Shown: positions 1 to 8,980 of the stretch, one piece after another | How the letters are laid out: each line of letters starts with the position of its first letter | Numbering within the stretch: the first letter of the stretch is position 1 | Sequence record: DRR723986_13572 | DNA: 42,571 nt | Strand: one strand, 5' to 3' | Position numbers and translations under genes: made by a program | Notes under the pieces: model-generated | Databases searched by the model: none | What the model was told of the DNA's origin: nothing | What the model saw: the letters and a program-made list of their open reading frames with translations, nothing else

Positions 1-1109
1 TCTTCTAATAATTCAGGATGACAAACTTTAATAATATCCTTTAATACTAAATCTGGTCTTGCAGTACCTAATTCGTAATACAGGACTCCACCTGTTGATC
101 CTGTTGTATTTGAAAAAGTGTAAATACTTTTATTTTTAAATGCCTCAAAATTAGTGTATAGGTTATTTGCGGCCTTTAGTTGTTCATAACTACTGTAATA
201 TGATGGGTTTAACCAAATATCAGCATCTTGTGCCTTGTCTAAAACTACTTCAAAACTTAAAGCTAAACTACCATTTCCAGAAGTGTCAGCCCAAATATAA
301 TCTACATTGGCATCCTTTAAAAATTGTGCCTCTGCACTCGATCCGTTGGGTAAATACCATACGTCTTTATGCATGGCTCCACTTAAAACCGTTGGGCGTT
401 TTGAGGCCTTCTTTGCCAGCACTTTTGCTTTTAAATAATCATCTTCAATTTGGTTAAAAATTGAATCCGCTTCTTTTTCCTTATTAAATAATACTCCAAA
501 GAATTTTATCCATTCTGCTTTTGCAAGTGCAGACGATTCTACCCAATCTCCATTGTAAACTACCGGAATATTAGCTTTTTTAATGGTTTCGAAGGTTTTA
601 TTGACTCCATCTACACCGAAACCAATTACAACATCAGGATTTAGCTCTAATAATACTTCGGTATTGATACCTTCATTTTTTCCAAGTTCTCTTATATCTC
701 CACTGTCAATGCGCTTTCTGGTTTTTTCTGAAGAGATATAGTCAGTACCAGGGAAGCCAACTAATGTCTGTTCAACCTCTAAAAGTTCAAGTGCAGGAAT
801 ATGTGTAGTAGACGTTGTTACAATCTTTTCGATAGAGTCAATAATAAACCCATCAAATTGATTTTTTGGAAATATCATTTTAGCCATATTATCTTTTGAG
901 ATGATACAATAATTGTATTCTCTATCTGCATTTGGCCACGGTTTTAAAATGGTTAAAACCTTATATAATTTGTAATTGATAACGGAAAAACCTTCGGCAT
1001 ATTTTAAGTCTAACTGCTTAAAATCCTCAATATTTGAAAAAGAAGGTTTTGATTCATCTTTACATGAAATCAAAACAATCAAAAAAAGAAGGATTTTAAA
1101 TGTTTTCAT
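1..1109 (-). CDS. ABC transporter substrate-binding lipoprotein, cobalamin/iron-siderophore (BtuF-like) family; runs off the left edge of the window
   Basis: Absent from the ORF track; translated by hand from ATG 1109: MKTFKILLFLIVLISCKDESK...IVTTSTTHIPALELL...VGFPGTDYISS...NGDWVESSALAKAEWIKFFG...RPDLVLKDIIKVCHPELLE. No stop in the window. Lipobox LISC; divergent from btuB. Confidence 0.88.
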   Translation of the reverse strand, partial: MKTFKILLFLIVLISCKDESKPSFSNIEDFKQLDLKYAEGFSVINYKLYKVLTILKPWPNADREYNYCIISKDNMAKMIFPKNQFDGFIIDSIEKIVTTSTTHIPALELLEVEQTLVGFPGTDYISSEKTRKRIDSGDIRELGKNEGINTEVLLELNPDVVIGFGVDGVNKTFETIKKANIPVVYNGDWVESSALAKAEWIKFFGVLFNKEKEADSIFNQIEDDYLKAKVLAKKASKRPTVLSGAMHKDVWYLPNGSSAEAQFLKDANVDYIWADTSGNGSLALSFEVVLDKAQDADIWLNPSYYSSYEQLKAANNLYTNFEAFKNKSIYTFSNTTGSTGGVLYYELGTARPDLVLKDIIKVCHPELLE

Positions 1110-1169
1110 ATTTAACTAATGTAACGTATTGTATTACTTTCTCATTGTAATTTTTTTAAAACTACAATT

Positions 1170-1277
1170 ATGAGAAGCGATTCAAATTTAACACTATATA
1201 TCGTTGCTGGAATCATCATTTTACATTTTTTAGTAGGTTTTGTTTATCTCATTTATAAAATGAATAAGAAAAATTAA
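1170..1277 (+). CDS. Small single-pass membrane protein (35 aa), below the ORF-track size cut-off
   Basis: MRSDSNLTLYIVAGIIILHFLVGFVYLIYKMNKKN*: one clean hydrophobic helix followed by a basic tail; A-rich upstream context. Confidence 0.6.
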   Translation: MRSDSNLTLYIVAGIIILHFLVGFVYLIYKMNKKN

Positions 1278-1308
1278 GGTTTAGGACTTCAACTTTACTT
1301 TAATACAT

Positions 1309-1316
1309 TATTTTTG
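1309..1316 (+). promoter_or_regulatory. Bacteroidota sigma70 -7 element for the riboswitch-btuB transcript
   Basis: TATTTTTG matches TAnnTTTG immediately upstream of the riboswitch. Confidence 0.7.
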
Positions 1317-1320
1317 CGCA

Positions 1321-1516
1321 GAAATCTGGTTCGGCGAAAAATGAGATCCTGAAATAAATTTAGGACGACTACGTCGATTAAAAGGGAATTTGGTGAAAAT
1401 CCAAAACTGTTCCCGCAACTGTAAGCTATAAAGCTTGTTATAAACTTCAATGTCACTGGAATAATTTTTCTGGGAAGACTAATAATAAGACGCAAGTCAG
1501 GAGACCTGCCAATTTC
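1321..1516 (+). ncRNA. Cobalamin (B12) riboswitch
   Basis: Hallmark segments AAAAGGGAA-TTTGGTGAAAATCCAAAACTGTTCCCGCAACTGTAA...GTCACTG...GGGAAG...AAGTCAGGAGACCTGCC upstream of a TonB-dependent receptor. Followed by hairpin GTAAAACTTT-CGGGAT-AAAAGTTTAC (1526-1551), a likely expression platform. Confidence 0.95.
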
Positions 1517-1591
1517 AACATAGAAGTAAAACTTTCGGGATAAAAGTTTACGTATAGTTCGCTGTATGTTCTCGAGCAATTAAATTTTTAA

Positions 1592-3523
1592 ATGAACAAA
1601 ACTAAACTGTTTTGTGGCATGCTTGGTATAAGTATGTTATCTGTAAGTCTTGCCCAACAAAAGCAAGATTCTGTTAAGGTTGAACTATTAGACGAAATTG
1701 TTTTAACCGATTCTCGTTTTGAACTAAAACGAGAAAACTCTGGAAAAGTTATTACCAAAATCACACAAGCTGATTTAAAGAAGCTTCAAGGTCAATCCAT
1801 TGCCGAAATCATTGGGAGAACGGTTGGAGTAGACGTAAATGGCGTGCGAAGTAATACAGGTCAAAACCTAAATTATTTTGTAAGAGGTGGTCGAAATCGA
1901 CAAGTATTAATTCTCATTGATGGTATACAAGTCACTGATCCATCACAAATCGCTAATGATTATGATTTACGATTATTGAACGTAGACCAAGTAGAATCAA
2001 TTGAAATTCTTAAAGGCGCCTCGAGTACTTTATATGGTACTGGCGCTGCAACAGCAGTAATAAACATTAAATTAAAAAAGGCTGGTACTTCACCTTTTAA
2101 TCTCAATGTAAGAAGTATTTTGGGAACTAATCAGCCCAAAAATGAGAACCATTACCGTATTGAAGATTTTCAAAACAGCATTGCCATGAACGGAACTTCT
2201 GGTAAACTAAGTTATTTAGCTTCATTTGGACATCAATTTACAGATGGACTTTCTGCAATTGCAAAAGGAAATGAAACAGATGCGTTTAGCAGCCAAAATG
2301 GTAATTTAAAATTAGCATACAACTTTAATAGCAGTTTTAAAGTTACTGCTTATGGTAGTTTTGATAGATTCAATGCTGAATTTGATGATAGTTTTGCAAT
2401 GACAGATGCAGATAATGTTTCTAAGTCTAAACAATACAGATTAGGTATATCACCAGAGTTTACATATGGTAATGGCAGTATCACTGTTAATGCTGCATTT
2501 AATGATGTAGAGCGAGAAATAGAGTCTGGTTTTCCGTCGTTATTTAATTCTCAAAGTATTGTAATTGATGCATTTAACCGTTATAATTTTAATGATAAGT
2601 TTTACACGGTTTTAGGTCTTAATTATCAGAATAATGACATGGAAAGTTTTTCTATTCCTTTTGGTGAAACTGATTTTAGTAGAGATATAAATCCTAATAG
2701 CGCAAATTTTGAAATAATTGATCCATATGCTAACGTGGTTTATGTTTCTGATTTTGGATTAAATATTAATGCAGGGTTGCGTTTAAATAAACATAGTGAA
2801 TATGGCAGTCAATTGGTTTATAGTTTAAACCCGTCGTATAAGAAAGAGCTAGATAATGGCTATCTCAAGGCTTTGGTCAGTTATAGTACGGCATTTATAA
2901 CCCCTTCATTATATCAATTATTTGAACCTAATTTCGGAAATACGGATTTACAACCTGAGGAAAATCAAACCTTTGAAATTGGTGCAGAGTTTCATGTTAA
3001 GGAAAACGCAACATTGAGCTTAGTCTATTTTAATAGAAATGAAGAGAATTTTATAGACTTTAGAGATACAGGAAATTTTGTGTTTCAATATCAAAATATA
3101 GATAAAGAATTTACGGCAACTGGATTGGAATTTACAGCAAATGTAACAGCAATTAAGAATATAAACTTAAATGCTAATGCAACATATACAAATCTAGATA
3201 AGGATTTAAATCTAAGGATACCTGAAATAAAAATTAACGCGAGAATAGATTATCAGTTATCTGAGAAGACGGTGTTAAGTATAGCTTACCAATTTAATGA
3301 CGACAGAGATGATGTGTTTTTTAATAATGAAACTTTTGAAAGTGTAAGAGTTAATTTAGAACCTTATATAATAACAGACTTTTTTGTGAGTCATGAAATA
3401 ATTAAAGATAAAATGACCATCTTTAGTAATATCACAAATATATTTAATGAAGACTATCAAGAATTGTTTGGTTTCACTACAAGAGGACGAAATATAAATA
3501 TTGGTTTCAATCTAAACCTGTAA
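1592..3523 (+). CDS. btuB: TonB-dependent vitamin B12 receptor
   Basis: Signal peptide, plug motifs (VRGG, LILIDG, VESIEILKGASSTLYG), beta-barrel C-terminus; lies under a cobalamin riboswitch. Confidence 0.88.
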   Translation: MNKTKLFCGMLGISMLSVSLAQQKQDSVKVELLDEIVLTDSRFELKRENSGKVITKITQADLKKLQGQSIAEIIGRTVGVDVNGVRSNTGQNLNYFVRGGRNRQVLILIDGIQVTDPSQIANDYDLRLLNVDQVESIEILKGASSTLYGTGAATAVINIKLKKAGTSPFNLNVRSILGTNQPKNENHYRIEDFQNSIAMNGTSGKLSYLASFGHQFTDGLSAIAKGNETDAFSSQNGNLKLAYNFNSSFKVTAYGSFDRFNAEFDDSFAMTDADNVSKSKQYRLGISPEFTYGNGSITVNAAFNDVEREIESGFPSLFNSQSIVIDAFNRYNFNDKFYTVLGLNYQNNDMESFSIPFGETDFSRDINPNSANFEIIDPYANVVYVSDFGLNINAGLRLNKHSEYGSQLVYSLNPSYKKELDNGYLKALVSYSTAFITPSLYQLFEPNFGNTDLQPEENQTFEIGAEFHVKENATLSLVYFNRNEENFIDFRDTGNFVFQYQNIDKEFTATGLEFTANVTAIKNINLNANATYTNLDKDLNLRIPEIKINARIDYQLSEKTVLSIAYQFNDDRDDVFFNNETFESVRVNLEPYIITDFFVSHEIIKDKMTIFSNITNIFNEDYQELFGFTTRGRNINIGFNLNL

Positions 3524-3526
3524 AAT

Positions 3527-3557
3527 AAAAAAGCCGCTTACTTAGCGGCTTTTTTTT
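3527..3557. terminator. Bidirectional intrinsic terminator
   Basis: AAAAAAGCCGCT-TACTT-AGCGGCTTTTTTTT between convergent genes. Confidence 0.9.
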
Positions 3558-3559
3558 AT

Positions 3560-4987
3560 TTATTCTATATACATATCTTGTTCTAAAGGATGCAATTGTA
3601 CTGAACTGCGAACTTCTCTAAGTGGTTCATACTGTTCAAAGTAAAAACGGCCTAAACTACCTGTTATATCTATAATTGCCTCACGTAATAGCGGTTCTGA
3701 TATTGAACCTAAAGTATCAAACGTACTTGGTGTTTCGCTTATTGGAATATCTGGTGTTAAACCAGTAGAAGGAACTAGTAGTTCATTAGTATTTGTAGAA
3801 TTAGCAACTAGTGGTTGCATAGCATATGTGTGATTTGGATTTACACTTTCTGTTGTAAACAAACCAGGTGAATCATATACAGTAAGTGAGGACTGAGTTT
3901 TACCCAAAGTATTTTCGCCAATAACCACAACTTCTATGTATGGATTTAAACCATTTATCAAAGCTTCACTTGCAGAAGCTGTTCTTCTATTTGTAGTTAA
4001 AATGTAAACCTTTGATAAGTTTAAGCTATTTATTGGCCCAACATTTTCAATAGTATTAGTAAATAAATAATCTCTATTTAATTCGTCTAAATTTTCATTA
4101 TAAAATAATTTAGAAAATACATCACCATTAAACTGACCAGTTATCATACTGGCTAAATATGCTGCAGTTTGCACAGAACCACCACCATTGTATCTAAGAT
4201 CAATAACAAGTGCTTCTATTCCACCAGATTGAAAGGTGCCAAAAGCGTTATTAAGTGCACCATTAAAACTGCTGTTAAATCCGTTGTACATTAAATAGCC
4301 AATTAGAGTATCATCTACATTTAATATATCTACAATATGTACTGGATTTTCTGTATACTGAGCAGCTGTTAAACTTATACTTTCACCATTTATAGTTACT
4401 GAATCGTCCTCAGCCGAATTAGTACCGTTGTTATCATAATCGGCAAAATTCAAAGTATAGGACTCCTGATTTAAAAGCGCATTGAGATTACTAGTTGTTA
4501 ATGCTACACCATCTACAGCTCTAAATATTTGCCCTCTTTCTATTCCTAGATTATCAGCAACACTATTGTTAAGTACTAATGTAATAGCACCAAAGACCTC
4601 AGTTTCACTACCTGGCACCAAGTACAAGTTAAATTCTAGTCCATTGGTTAAGGTTATACCTTGTTGTTGGTTCTGAAAATCAAAATAATTGGAAAATAAT
4701 CTACTGAATCTATCGACATCATCAGGAAGATATATAAGAGATTCAAATAGTTCTTCTGGAGTTTCAAAATCACTTAGGTATTCAGAATATTCTTCATTTG
4801 AAGAAAACCTATCATTTGCCAAATCTGGCACATCAGATTTATAAAGGTAAACAGAGTTCAAACCTTTCCATATAAAATCTTTAACCTCAGTATTAGAAAA
4901 ATTTATATTATCATCTAAATCTTCAAAACAGCCTGTGGCTAATAAGAGTACAGCAAAAGTCAGCAGTAGCGTTTTAATCTTTTTCAT
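3560..4987 (-). CDS. S41 family (C-terminal processing) peptidase lipoprotein
   Basis: Likely start MKKIKT at 4987; lipobox LATGC; motifs IDLRYNGGG, TASASE (catalytic Ser) and GENTLGK (Lys). Confidence 0.9.
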   Translation of the reverse strand: MKKIKTLLLTFAVLLLATGCFEDLDDNINFSNTEVKDFIWKGLNSVYLYKSDVPDLANDRFSSNEEYSEYLSDFETPEELFESLIYLPDDVDRFSRLFSNYFDFQNQQQGITLTNGLEFNLYLVPGSETEVFGAITLVLNNSVADNLGIERGQIFRAVDGVALTTSNLNALLNQESYTLNFADYDNNGTNSAEDDSVTINGESISLTAAQYTENPVHIVDILNVDDTLIGYLMYNGFNSSFNGALNNAFGTFQSGGIEALVIDLRYNGGGSVQTAAYLASMITGQFNGDVFSKLFYNENLDELNRDYLFTNTIENVGPINSLNLSKVYILTTNRRTASASEALINGLNPYIEVVVIGENTLGKTQSSLTVYDSPGLFTTESVNPNHTYAMQPLVANSTNTNELLVPSTGLTPDIPISETPSTFDTLGSISEPLLREAIIDITGSLGRFYFEQYEPLREVRSSVQLHPLEQDMYIE

Positions 4988-5072
4988 CTTTTTCTTTTTT
5001 GTTTTGAGCAATTTTTTACTTCAGATAGTAAAACTCTAAATTTACTGACAATATTGAAATAAAAAAAACTTT

Positions 5073-5097
5073 GTAACAAATTGTAATGTGCATCGTC
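5073..5097 (+). promoter_or_regulatory. Putative autoregulatory ECF sigma promoter
   Basis: GTAAC-N16-CGTC about 50 bp upstream of the ECF sigma start; matches the generic ECF -35 AAC / -10 CGT pattern. Confidence 0.65.
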
Positions 5098-5147
5098 GTA
5101 ATAATGAAAGCGACAAAAAACCGTTTTTACCACCAATCAAATTAGTA

Positions 5148-5657
5148 ATGAAGCAGACAGATTTTGTAAGCTTAGTAATGCCATTTAAGGATAAAGTATT
5201 TCGTTTAGCAAAACGATTATTGGTTTCTCGTGAAGAAGCCGAAGATGCTACGCAAGAAATACTATTGAAATTGTGGAGAAATAAAGAAAAGATTGGCGAG
5301 TACAAAAATGTTGAAGCTTTCTCAATGACGATGACAAAAAATTTCTGCCTGGATAGATTAAAATCTAAGCAAGCACAAAATTTAAAAATTGTCCATAGCA
5401 ATTACACAGATGGTAATGCATCATTGCAGAAACAAGTTGAAACAAGAGATAGTATGGATTGGGTCTCTAAAATAATAGAGGATCTTCCAGAACAGCAAAA
5501 AATAATAGTGCAACTAAGAGATATAGAACAATATGAATTTGCAGAAATAGCTAAAATGCTAGACATGAATGAAACTGCAATTAGAGTAGCATTATCGAGA
5601 GCACGAAAAACAATAAGAGAAAAGTTAACTAATACACATAGTTATGGTATTAAATAA
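5148..5657 (+). CDS. ECF RNA polymerase sigma-70 factor
   Basis: Likely start MKQTDF at 5148; region 2 EAEDATQEILLKLW; region 4 LPEQQK...EIAKML...IRVALSRARK. Confidence 0.93.
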   Translation: MKQTDFVSLVMPFKDKVFRLAKRLLVSREEAEDATQEILLKLWRNKEKIGEYKNVEAFSMTMTKNFCLDRLKSKQAQNLKIVHSNYTDGNASLQKQVETRDSMDWVSKIIEDLPEQQKIIVQLRDIEQYEFAEIAKMLDMNETAIRVALSRARKTIREKLTNTHSYGIK

Positions 5658-6141
5658 TATAGCAGAATTAATAGAAAAGTATTATAACGCTGAAACAACA
5701 CTAAAGGAAGAAGCACAACTAAGAGCTTACTTTGAAAGTGATGATGTGGCGACGCATTTAGAGCACTACAAGCCAATGTTTTTATATTTTTCGCAATCGC
5801 AACAAGAGCAGTTTACCAAAGACGTTCCATTAAAAACTAGAAAAAACTCAAGATTATATCAGTGGATTTCTGTCGCAGCTGTAGCCGTTCTAATGCTTAG
5901 CATCTTTATTCCACAGGTTTGGAATAGTGGTCCTAAAACTCTGGCAGACTATTCGCCAGAAGAGCAGCAATTATATCTAGAGACTAAAGAAGCTCTGGCA
6001 ATGCTGTCAAGTAAATTTAGTGAGGGTTCATCTAGTATTAATGTATTAAATATCGCTTCAGATAATTTTACTTTAGGAATAGAAAAAGCCAGTCACATTA
6101 CAAAATTGAGTGAAACAACAAACAAATTATTAAAGAATTAA
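5644..6141 (+). CDS. Putative single-TM anti-sigma factor
   Basis: Overlaps the sigma stop codon; N-terminal IEKYYNAETTLKEEAQLRAYF helical domain, then a TM segment (WISVAAVAVLMLSIFI). Confidence 0.65.
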   Translation: MVLNNIAELIEKYYNAETTLKEEAQLRAYFESDDVATHLEHYKPMFLYFSQSQQEQFTKDVPLKTRKNSRLYQWISVAAVAVLMLSIFIPQVWNSGPKTLADYSPEEQQLYLETKEALAMLSSKFSEGSSSINVLNIASDNFTLGIEKASHITKLSETTNKLLKN

Positions 6142-6160
6142 AAATTAAAAACAAGAAACC

Positions 6161-6736
6161 ATGAAAAAAGTAATTTTTATAGTAGCAGTAATGCTAACGT
6201 CTTTAACTTCATTTAGTCAGAGTGTATTTGATAAGTTTGAAGATAAAGAAGGAGTAACATCGATTATTCTTAACCAGAAGATGTTTAAAATGTTAGCGAC
6301 AATGGGAGTTGATATTGATGACCCAGAAATGAAGGAATATGTTGAGATGGCAAGAGGTATTACAGGATTTAAAGTATTTACTACTGGCGATGAAAAAATA
6401 TCTACAGAAATGAAAGCGACAGTAACCAAGTATTTAAAGTCTTCTGATTTAGAGGAGTTAATGCGAATTAAGGATGGTGAGCAAACCGTAAAATTTTATG
6501 TAAAAGAAGGTAAGGACGAAAACCACGTAAAAGAATTTTTAATGTTTATCACAGGACTTAAAGAAATGACTGAAGGATCTGACATTGAGATCAATGGTAA
6601 AAAACGTGAGTTTGAAACTGTAATTATGACTTTAACAGGCGATATAGATTTAAGACAAATCTCTAAAATCACTAACCAAATGGATATTCCAGGTGGTGAG
6701 CAGTTAAAGAAAGCTGGTGATAAAAAACAAGATTAA
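6161..6736 (+). CDS. DUF4252 family periplasmic protein
   Basis: Signal peptide; FDKFED...KMFKML, LEELMRIKDG and LTGDIDLRQISKI motifs. Confidence 0.8.
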   Translation: MKKVIFIVAVMLTSLTSFSQSVFDKFEDKEGVTSIILNQKMFKMLATMGVDIDDPEMKEYVEMARGITGFKVFTTGDEKISTEMKATVTKYLKSSDLEELMRIKDGEQTVKFYVKEGKDENHVKEFLMFITGLKEMTEGSDIEINGKKREFETVIMTLTGDIDLRQISKITNQMDIPGGEQLKKAGDKKQD

Positions 6737-6746
6737 TAGCATACCA

Positions 6747-7292
6747 ATGATACAATCAATCAAAAAATCAATAGTAATGATGCTTTTGGCTGTAGCTTTT
6801 ACAAGCTGCAACCAAGGGCCTACATTACAGACTTATTATGTAGATAATGAGTTAAATCCTGGTTTTTCTTCTTTCGATGTACCAACTAGCGTCATCAATG
6901 TGGAAAAAGTAGATATGACTGAAGAGCAAAAAGATGCGTATAACTCAGTTGATAAATTAAACGTTTTAACCTTTATGATCAATGAGGAAAATGCTGAAAA
7001 CTATAAGTTAGAGTTAGAAAATGTAAAAGAGATTCTTAAAAACCCTAAATACGAAGAACTAATGAGAGGTTCTACTGACGATGGTAGATTTGTGGTCAAA
7101 TTTTTAGGAGAATCAGAGCTCAGTATAGATGAGTTAATAGTTTTTGGTAGTGCAAGTGACAGAGGATTTATGATTGCTCGCATATTAGGTGATAATATGA
7201 ATGCAGGTGAACTTATAAAGTTAGGTGATGTGTTGCAGAATGCCAATATTGAGGATTCTCAACTTAGTAACTTAACAGACTTTTTTAAATAG
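6747..7292 (+). CDS. DUF4252 family lipoprotein
   Basis: Likely start MIQSIKK at 6747; lipobox FTSC; LQTYYVD, YEELMR, IDELIVFG and ARILGDNM motifs. Confidence 0.78.
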   Translation: MIQSIKKSIVMMLLAVAFTSCNQGPTLQTYYVDNELNPGFSSFDVPTSVINVEKVDMTEEQKDAYNSVDKLNVLTFMINEENAENYKLELENVKEILKNPKYEELMRGSTDDGRFVVKFLGESELSIDELIVFGSASDRGFMIARILGDNMNAGELIKLGDVLQNANIEDSQLSNLTDFFK

Positions 7293-7311
7293 ACTGACAA
7301 TTATTTAAATG

Positions 7312-7533
7312 TTAATGAGAATCGTCTTGAAGTTTATCTTCAGGGCGATTTTTTTTTATGCTGTTTTTAAATGCAAATACAAAAGCCATTAAAATTAAAA
7401 TACCAAATCCTCCAAACAAAATGACCTTAACAATTACGTAGTCTAATACCTTAAACATACCAGCAACAAAAAAGCCAATGGTTATTATTGCCACACTTGT
7501 AAGTGACAGTGTATTTTTATTTAATGGAAACAC
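7312..7533 (-). CDS. Small two-TM hypothetical membrane protein
   Basis: 73 aa with two hydrophobic helices and a charged tail; GTG start just downstream of purB. Confidence 0.6.
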   Translation of the reverse strand: MFPLNKNTLSLTSVAIITIGFFVAGMFKVLDYVIVKVILFGGFGILILMAFVFAFKNSIKKNRPEDKLQDDSH

Positions 7534-7554
7534 TTCTTAGTAAATGATTTGCTG

Positions 7555-8898
7555 TTATATACCTGTGTAATTACTAGGAGTTATTGCTTTAAGTTCTGCT
7601 TTAATTGTCTCAGACACTTCTAAGGTATCAATAAAATTTGAAATAGAACTCTGAGTAATGGCTTCATTGGTTCTAGTTAATCTTTTTAATGCTTCATAAG
7701 GATTAGGGTAGTTTTCTCGTCTTAAAATAGTTTGTATAGCTTCAGCAACAACAGCCCAATTATTCTCTAGATCTTGTTCAAATTTAGAGGTATTTAATAA
7801 TAATTTGCCCAACCCTTTTAATGTAGATTTAAATCCAATTAAAGTATGGCCAAACGGAACTCCTACATTTCTTAGAACAGTACTATCAGTTAAATCTCTT
7901 TGAAGTCTAGAAACGGGTAATTTGGCTGATAAATGCTCAAAAATTGCATTCGCAATCCCTAGATTACCTTCACTATTTTCAAAATCAATTGGATTTACTT
8001 TATGTGGCATAGCAGAACTACCTACTTCACCTTTTTTAATTTTTTGCTTAAAATAATCCATAGACACATAGGTCCAGATATCTCTATCTAAATCAATGAT
8101 TATTGTATTGATACGTTTTAGCGCATCAAATAAAGCAGCCATGTGGTCATAGTGCTCAATCTGTGTTGTTGGGAACGAATGTTGTAAGCCTAATTTTTCC
8201 TGTACAAACTTAGTGCCAAAAGCTTTCCAGTCTATATTTGGATAAGCCACTTTGTGAGCGTTAAAATTACCAGTTGCTCCGCCAAATTTTGCCGCACTTG
8301 GCACATCATTTAGTAAATTGAATTGCTCCTTAAGACGTACAACAAAAACATCAATTTCTTTACCTAAACGTGTTGGCGATGCAGGTTGACCGTGAGTTCT
8401 TGCAAGCATTGGTATTGCCGCCCATTCTTGCCCTAAACCTTCTATTTTTTCTAAAAGTGAAAAATACTCAGGTACATAAACATCATTCATGGCATCTTTA
8501 ATACTTAGCGGAATTGCTGTATTGTTGATATCTTGAGACGTTAATCCAAAATGAATAAATTCTTTGTATTCAGATAATCCTAAAGCATCAAATTCCTCTT
8601 TAATAAAATACTCAACAGCTTTAACATCATGGTTGGTCACTTTCTCAATATCTTTTATTCCAGTAGCATCAAGTGACGTAAAGTTTCTGTAAATAGATCT
8701 TAAATCTTCAAAAACAGATTTAGAAACCGATTCTAATTGCGGTAAAGGAATTTCGCATAAGGCAATGAAATATTCAATTTCTACTAAAACACGATATTTT
8801 ATTAATGCTTCTTCAGAGAAGTAATTACCTAAAGCATCTACTTTAGATCTGTATCTACCATCTATTGGTGAAATTGCGTTAAGCGGAGAAAGTACCAT
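7555..8898 (-). CDS. purB: Adenylosuccinate lyase
   Basis: AISPIDGRY, TNHDVKAVEY, ARTHGQ and the signature GSSAMPHKVNPIDFENSEGN. Confidence 0.98.
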   Translation of the reverse strand: MVLSPLNAISPIDGRYRSKVDALGNYFSEEALIKYRVLVEIEYFIALCEIPLPQLESVSKSVFEDLRSIYRNFTSLDATGIKDIEKVTNHDVKAVEYFIKEEFDALGLSEYKEFIHFGLTSQDINNTAIPLSIKDAMNDVYVPEYFSLLEKIEGLGQEWAAIPMLARTHGQPASPTRLGKEIDVFVVRLKEQFNLLNDVPSAAKFGGATGNFNAHKVAYPNIDWKAFGTKFVQEKLGLQHSFPTTQIEHYDHMAALFDALKRINTIIIDLDRDIWTYVSMDYFKQKIKKGEVGSSAMPHKVNPIDFENSEGNLGIANAIFEHLSAKLPVSRLQRDLTDSTVLRNVGVPFGHTLIGFKSTLKGLGKLLLNTSKFEQDLENNWAVVAEAIQTILRRENYPNPYEALKRLTRTNEAITQSSISNFIDTLEVSETIKAELKAITPSNYTGI

Positions 8899-8921
8899 TT
8901 ACTTTAAAATTTTTGAAGCAT

Positions 8922-8929
8922 CAAAGATA
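8922..8929 (-). promoter_or_regulatory. -7 promoter element of purB
   Basis: TATCTTTG on the minus strand, 23 nt upstream of the ATG. Confidence 0.65.
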
Positions 8930-8980
8930 ATAAAGTAAGTTAAGAGTTGCGAGTTATATGTTGTGAGTTATACAAAGTTT

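Noticed and set aside
167..457. 96-aa + strand ORF
   Set aside because: Antisense shadow of the substrate-binding protein gene.
1295..1579. 94-aa - strand ORF
   Set aside because: Antisense to the cobalamin riboswitch; no protein-like features.
5088..5147. N-terminal extension of the ECF sigma in the ORF track
   Set aside because: It overlaps the predicted promoter; ATG 5148 fits the family length.
5042..5401. 119-aa - strand ORF (also those at 4482, 6217, 7001, 10816, 11419, 13163, 13644)
   Set aside because: Antisense shadows of well-supported genes.
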